This document shows positions 58,984 through 64,000 of a stretch of 64,000 nucleotides of DNA, piece after piece. Position 1 is the first letter of the stretch; each line of letters opens with the position of its first letter. The position numbers were made by a program, and so were the translations under genes. Source of the stretch: Planctomycetota bacterium. Its GTDB lineage: Bacteria; Planctomycetota; PLA2; JAEUHO01. The notes beneath the pieces are model-generated. The model saw nothing but the letters and a program-made list of their open reading frames with translations, was not told where the DNA came from and made no database searches. Where the stretch lies: positions 1,056,001 to 1,120,000 of the forward strand of contig CBDCTJ010000007.1 of NCBI GenBank assembly GCA_965222115.1, written 5' to 3'.

Positions 58984-60729
58984 ATGAGTCCAGGCCATCC
59001 CAGTTCAAACGGGCACGCCGGCGTGCCGCGTGCTTCTCATTCCGAGTCGTCAACGGCGCCCGATCCTCGGTTCCGCATTCATCTCTTCACGTTGCTTGCG
59101 CCGTTCGTCATGCTGACTTGGGTATTTGCCTTTGCCCCTGAACCTCAGGTGCTCGCCACGATTCCGGGTGTGTTGGCATTGTTGTGGTGGGTGGAACATG
59201 TGCGTCGCGCGCGCACGGCGTTATGGGGATTGCTGCTCTTCGTCGGGCTAGGAATTGCGTATGGATACCGCTGGTTAAGTCAAACCGTGCAGGACTTTGG
59301 CGGGCTGTCAGAAGCCGCTGGCATCAGTGCAACGGTTGCGTTTTCACTGGCAGGTACCGTTCACTTGCTCCTTTTTGCTGGCATTCACCGTGGCATGGTT
59401 CGTTCTCGAGAAGCGCGCGGGGCAAAGCGACCGCATCCGTTGAGCACCGTCGCACTGTTTGTTGCATGTGAGTGCCTGCCGATTCGCTTCTTTCCCTGGA
59501 TGGCAGGGCACGGCGCCGTGGACTGTGTTCCCATCGCCCAGGCGGCCGCATGGGGTGGTGTTCCCGCAGTCAGCTTTGTGCTGTTGTGTCTCGTGGTCCC
59601 GCTTTACGAGTGGGGGCTTGCGGCCGGGTGCGTGCACATCGAAGCGCGTGAGACCCCCACGCCTGGGTTGAGCCCGGCACGGCCGGGCGCGGCGCTTGCG
59701 ACGTTCTTGATTGGCTTGCTTTGCTATGGTTATGGCGTCTATGACGCACGCACCGTACGCGTCGGCGATGCTGCCGCCACCAAGCATGTTCACGTTGGTG
59801 TTGTGCAGGCCAACATTGGAAGTTTCAGCAAGCGACACTCGGAGCAATACCGTGCTAAGGCACACGAAGCATCGGTTGCGGCCTATGCCCGCGGGGTTCA
59901 GACGGTCGCCAAGGAAGATGTTGATCTCATTGTGCTACCCGAGACGGCGGTGGGGCATGCGATTCCCTTCGATGCGAGCAAGCGCACGCCGAAGATCGTG
60001 TCATCGGTGTTGAGTCATCCCCGCGTGGGTTTCAAGTTCCTTATGGAGCACAGTGTCAAACACGGATTGTTGATCGGTAGCTATGAAGCGGTGCCACGCA
60101 GTCGTCGTGCGGGTCCCATCATCGGTAAGAAGCCCGACCGCCGATACAACGTTGCGGCACTACGTGCCCGCGGCGCGAACGATCAACCGTGGTCCGTCTA
60201 TCGCAAGCACTACCTCATTCCGTTCGGCGAGACCATGCCGTTTGGCATCATGAAGGACAAGTTACCGCAAAAATTCGACATGCGTGCTGGCAGTGACGAT
60301 CAAGGTGCATTGACCTTTGAGGGAACGTCAATTGTGCCCTTCCTCTGTTATGAGGGACTACTCGCCAACTACGTTCGTAGGCTCTGCAAGGGCGAGCGTC
60401 CCGATATATTGGTAAGTCTCACCAATGACTCCTGGTTCGGTGATACCTGGGAGCCTCATCAGCATCTCAATTTCACGCGCTTTCGTGCCATCGAACATCG
60501 TTCGCCTATGGTGCGATCGACAAACACCGGCGTAAGCGCATTTGTGAGCGCCACGGGTGCAGTCGAAGCGAGATTGGGTGTTGGGAAAGAGGGCACGCTT
60601 GTTCGTTCCGTACCGATCGTGGACCGTGAACCCACGCTCTTCTTGCGTTTCGGCCACATTGTGCCATGGCTCTTTGCGTTGATTTGGTTCTTGGGGCTTT
60701 GTGGATTGATGCCGGGCGATCGAAGTTAG
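58984..60729 (+). CDS. lnt: Apolipoprotein N-acyltransferase
   Basis: Multi-TM N-terminus; QANI, LPETA (Glu), YRKHYLIPFGE (Lys), LCYEG (Cys), TNDSWFG, RSTNTGVS. Confidence 0.93.
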   Translation: MSPGHPSSNGHAGVPRASHSESSTAPDPRFRIHLFTLLAPFVMLTWVFAFAPEPQVLATIPGVLALLWWVEHVRRARTALWGLLLFVGLGIAYGYRWLSQTVQDFGGLSEAAGISATVAFSLAGTVHLLLFAGIHRGMVRSREARGAKRPHPLSTVALFVACECLPIRFFPWMAGHGAVDCVPIAQAAAWGGVPAVSFVLLCLVVPLYEWGLAAGCVHIEARETPTPGLSPARPGAALATFLIGLLCYGYGVYDARTVRVGDAAATKHVHVGVVQANIGSFSKRHSEQYRAKAHEASVAAYARGVQTVAKEDVDLIVLPETAVGHAIPFDASKRTPKIVSSVLSHPRVGFKFLMEHSVKHGLLIGSYEAVPRSRRAGPIIGKKPDRRYNVAALRARGANDQPWSVYRKHYLIPFGETMPFGIMKDKLPQKFDMRAGSDDQGALTFEGTSIVPFLCYEGLLANYVRRLCKGERPDILVSLTNDSWFGDTWEPHQHLNFTRFRAIEHRSPMVRSTNTGVSAFVSATGAVEARLGVGKEGTLVRSVPIVDREPTLFLRFGHIVPWLFALIWFLGLCGLMPGDRS

Positions 60730-60732
60730 AGG

Positions 60733-62535
60733 TTAGCGCCGCGTAACAGGAATCTCGATTTCCGTTGTCTCGCCTGCATTGAGGTCTACGGTCTTGGGCG
60801 TTGCCCGCAGCTCAGGATTCATGACTTCGATTGTGTAGCGCCCGGGCGCAAGTCCACCAAACAACGCGCTGCCGGCACCAAATACAGTCATGGTTCGGCC
60901 CGTGCCCGCTTCCTCGTCGGCGACTTCCCGTGCGCCAATGGGGACGCCTTTGGCTACTGCGCCGTCAATCGTGAGTTGGAACGTCACGGTGGTCGGTTCG
61001 GTAGCCGGAAACGTCACCTTGATCTTGGCTGCTGGCGTGAGTGTGACGCGAAGCGGGGGATCGCCAGCCGCGCTTGAACCGCGAAAGTCCACTTCCGCCG
61101 GTGCATACTCCGGCGAAAGCACAATCAGTCGATAGTCGCCTTCGCTCATGCCCACGAGTGTGAGTTCCCTTGCGTAGCGCGCCGTCATGGCGCTGCCTTC
61201 TTCTTGCGCCGCGCCTTCGTCGGTACGCCCAATGTTGAGTTTGGCCCCCAAGCTGGTGTATGGAATCTGCGTGCCGTCTTCTTTGAAGAACGCGAAGCGC
61301 GCCATGCCTTTGCCTTCGTCGCGGTTGAGGGCGACATTAATCGTCTCCTCACCACCGCGATTCGGTACGCGGATGGGCTCGGAGCGCCATTCGGCATAGC
61401 CCTTCGCACTCACACGCACGACCAAGTTGCCGTAGCCAACCGGAACACGAAACGGTTTGGTGAGTACATGATCCATGCGGATGTCGGTGGGCTTGTCCGC
61501 TTTGTGCATCGTGACAGTGGCTTCTTCGTCCATGCCGAGGATGACCGCCGCGGTTTGGCTGGCGTCACGTGTCATGGCCCACTGCACCAAAATGTCTTCG
61601 AGCTCGCGGCCATCACCGCTGCGGACATTTAGCCTGAACAACATGGCAGGTGTAAGCATGATGTCGAGCGTGGTATCGCCCGAGGGCGTCATGGGCCCAA
61701 GCGTTTTGGGCATGTGGGTTGGGTGATCCACCGTGACGTTTAGGGGGGCCGTGCGAAGTCCCCCAATGGCGTAGCGACCCTCTTTGGTGGACGATACGTG
61801 ACCGAAGTGTCCCAGTTCGCGCGTGGTTCCTTCAGCCGGTCCGATCTTGATGATTGCGCCTTGGATGGGTCGCGTTGACGTATTGCGTACGACACCTGAC
61901 ACGGTCAATCCACGCGTCAACGCAATCGTGACAGGTCCACTGCCATCGATCGCGCACACACAACCACAAATGTAGTCCTTGTGCATGGCGAACAGATCAA
62001 ATCGTTCGCCGTGAGCGCGTATGCGCGGCATTTCAAACTCCCCCTGCTTGTCGCATTCCGTTTGGCGGTCGAGTGCAGAGGGCCAGTCGTGCCGATAACG
62101 GTTGCGGCCCATACGCTGCGAGGCATGCAGTGGGGCGCGCTGTGCCTGCGACGAGAGTTTGCCAGTTTTGAGCTCGGTGTACCCGCCATCGGGCAATCGC
62201 GGGCAAGGCGATTTTGCGAGCTCACCCCAGACGACCGCGCCCGCAATTGGGTTTCCCGTCTCCGCGTCCACAACGCGTCCTTTGATCGAATGATCCTCCG
62301 TCTCCGATTTGACGTTGGGTTGATCGGTTGACGGTTGCTTGTCTGGCGAATCCATGGGTAGACGCGAAACGCGCTCGTCGCTGCGTCCATGCAGTGCGGG
62401 ATTGCTTAGGTCATCTTCACCGTCGATGGAGACGTCGTCTTCAAGAACCCCATCACTCGACATGTCGGGGGACAGCAGCAAATAGGCGACGAGGCCGCCG
62501 GCAGCGAGGAGTGCGAGCAAGAGTGCAAATCGCAT
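60733..62535 (-). CDS. Membrane-anchored protein with carboxypeptidase-regulatory-like repeats
   Basis: N-terminal hydrophobic anchor; IKGRVVDAETGNPIAGA, VSGVVRN...PIQGA, GLAPGRYTIEV. Confidence 0.8.
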   Translation of the reverse strand: MRFALLLALLAAGGLVAYLLLSPDMSSDGVLEDDVSIDGEDDLSNPALHGRSDERVSRLPMDSPDKQPSTDQPNVKSETEDHSIKGRVVDAETGNPIAGAVVWGELAKSPCPRLPDGGYTELKTGKLSSQAQRAPLHASQRMGRNRYRHDWPSALDRQTECDKQGEFEMPRIRAHGERFDLFAMHKDYICGCVCAIDGSGPVTIALTRGLTVSGVVRNTSTRPIQGAIIKIGPAEGTTRELGHFGHVSSTKEGRYAIGGLRTAPLNVTVDHPTHMPKTLGPMTPSGDTTLDIMLTPAMLFRLNVRSGDGRELEDILVQWAMTRDASQTAAVILGMDEEATVTMHKADKPTDIRMDHVLTKPFRVPVGYGNLVVRVSAKGYAEWRSEPIRVPNRGGEETINVALNRDEGKGMARFAFFKEDGTQIPYTSLGAKLNIGRTDEGAAQEEGSAMTARYARELTLVGMSEGDYRLIVLSPEYAPAEVDFRGSSAAGDPPLRVTLTPAAKIKVTFPATEPTTVTFQLTIDGAVAKGVPIGAREVADEEAGTGRTMTVFGAGSALFGGLAPGRYTIEVMNPELRATPKTVDLNAGETTEIEIPVTRR

Positions 62536-62539
62536 GTCG

Positions 62540-63427
62540 TTAATCTACTTGAAAAGTGGCGCGCGCGTTTTCCCATGCCGTAAGTGCGGTGCGGATGTCG
62601 TCCAATCCCTGCGTGAGGCATCCAGGACCGGGTTGAAGAATGCCACACGGGTCCAGTTCGAAAATCATGCGATGTCGAACGGCGGGCACGTTGCCCCAGC
62701 CGGGGCGGTTCCGGATGGCGTCGATATCTACGGGCTTTCCGCACCAGCTGGCGAGTATGACATCGGGCGCGCGTGAGGCGATGTCGTCTGGCTGGACGAA
62801 ACGCTCCTTGGCCATTGCGCCACCGGCCTCCACGGCACACACGTCAAGGCCGCCCGCAACGTGGATCAACTCGCTTACCCAACGAATGCCGCAAATCATG
62901 GGATCGGGCCACTCCTCGAAGTACACGCGCGGTGTTGCTTGCAACGGAATCGATCGAATCTCCGCTATGCGTGTGCGGTACGCATCGACGAGTTCGCGAG
63001 CGCGTGGGAGTTTGTCTACAAGCCGACCGATCGTGAGCAAAACGTTGCCGATCTCGTCCAGCGAACGTTGATTGAAGATGAGGACTTGCAGGCCGGCAGC
63101 AATGAGCTTCTTGGCCAACTCGGCTTGGATGTCGGAGAAACCGATCACGAGGTCCGGCTGCAGCGCGACGATCTTCTCTACGTTCCCGCCCTGGAAGCCC
63201 GAGACGATGGGGTGATTGTCGGCGGCGTCTTTCGGACGCTTGGTCCATGCGCTGATGCCCACGATCCGGCGTTGCTCGCCGAGTTTATACAAGATCTCGG
63301 TGGGTTCTTCCGTGAGGCATACGATTCGCTTTGGCGTGCCGTCGCCTGGGCTTTGCGGTCTAGGCAAAGCGCACCGAATAGATGGGCGGAAGGCTGGAGG
63401 ACAGCGTGGCCCATGTGCGCCCGCCAT
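62540..63427 (-). CDS. BtuF-like (cobalamin/iron) class III substrate-binding protein without obvious signal peptide
   Basis: RIVCLTEEPTEILY, IVALQPDLVIGFSDIQ, VYFEEWPDP, WVSELI..AGG, ILQPGP. True start may be TTG 63367. Confidence 0.85.
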   Translation of the reverse strand: MAGAHGPRCPPAFRPSIRCALPRPQSPGDGTPKRIVCLTEEPTEILYKLGEQRRIVGISAWTKRPKDAADNHPIVSGFQGGNVEKIVALQPDLVIGFSDIQAELAKKLIAAGLQVLIFNQRSLDEIGNVLLTIGRLVDKLPRARELVDAYRTRIAEIRSIPLQATPRVYFEEWPDPMICGIRWVSELIHVAGGLDVCAVEAGGAMAKERFVQPDDIASRAPDVILASWCGKPVDIDAIRNRPGWGNVPAVRHRMIFELDPCGILQPGPGCLTQGLDDIRTALTAWENARATFQVD

Positions 63428-64000
63428 TTTCGCTGGTGTACAGATTGCCGGATGTCGTGCCCATCACCAACGTGCCTCCACCCGGTGAGACATCGATTCC
63501 GTGTCGGAACGGAAAGTCAAATGACGGCGCAGGAAGACCCGAGGCCTGCTCCTGCCAGGTTTCTCCGGCATCATCGGTGCGCAACACGACCAACCGGTTT
63601 TCAACCGGCAAGCGTAGATTGTCCGATTGCATGGGCACGATCCAACCGACGTTGGGATCGGTGGGATGCGCGGTGGCGGGAAAGCCAAAGTCTACCCATG
63701 GCGGCTTGCTGAGATCGGTCCACGAGGCGGCGCCGTTATCACTGCGATAGACGCCGCAGTGATTGGCTTGCCACAACACATCGGGGTGAGCCGCGCACAT
63801 GGAGATAAAATGAGGATCGTGCCCGAAATCTTCCGTTCCACCCGGGTCGGTCACTTTGCGCATGCCTTCGCAGCGGTAAGCCCATGTTGCGCCGCCGTCT
63901 TTGGTTTCCAACACACCCGAACAGGAGATGGCAATGATGATGTGATTGCCGTCTCTCGGATCTACGCAGATGGAGTGAATACCGGCTTCGTCGCGTCCCC
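63360..64000 (-). CDS. BNR/Asp-box repeat beta-propeller (sialidase-like glycosyl hydrolase); only the 3' part is in the window
   Basis: Repeated T/S-x-D-x-G-x-T/S-W Asp boxes (TKDGGATW, SDNGAASW, TDDAGETW, SENGGRTW). Frame stays open to the window edge. Confidence 0.88.
   Translation of the reverse strand, partial: GRDEAGIHSICVDPRDGNHIIIAISCSGVLETKDGGATWAYRCEGMRKVTDPGGTEDFGHDPHFISMCAAHPDVLWQANHCGVYRSDNGAASWTDLSKPPWVDFGFPATAHPTDPNVGWIVPMQSDNLRLPVENRLVVLRTDDAGETWQEQASGLPAPSFDFPFRHGIDVSPGGGTLVMGTTSGNLYTSENGGRTWATLSSSLPPIYSVRFA

Overview
GC-rich bacterial chromosomal segment. The likely source is an uncultured Planctomycetota/PVC-type organism, inferred from the ECF sigma factor fused to a transmembrane helix plus repeat domain, a tandem double-length UvrA and several carboxypeptidase-regulatory-like repeat proteins. 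Most of the window is densely coding housekeeping or envelope genes: three ECF sigma factors, signal peptidase I, clpP, polA, an hbd-crotonase-thiolase-fused LeuD/LeuC-leuB cluster, rhomboid, tRNA-Leu, YyaL/DUF255, queF, GAF-PP2C, moeA, a NuoE-NuoF fusion, vWA, transglutaminase, a DnaB-like fragment, a porin, uvrA, a Tat-exported xanthine-oxidase-family trio, a B12 radical SAM, apgM, lnt, BtuF-like and BNR-repeat proteins. The most unusual signals are: (1) a REP-associated tyrosine transposase (RAYT) bracketed by inverted arrays of a 32-bp imperfect-palindrome unit; (2) a ~190-nt minus-strand structured RNA candidate beside it; (3) an ECF / mini anti-sigma / signal peptidase / membrane-tethered ECF cassette; (4) a tRNA-Leu with the rare AAG anticodon, followed by three 31-bp palindromes; (5) a 171-bp MITE inserted in the shared CTAG stop codon of two convergent genes; (6) an acyl-CoA cluster linked to a permuted LeuD-LeuC fusion and a LeuB with an NADP-type fingerprint. 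All calls come from reading motifs by eye; no database searches were run.
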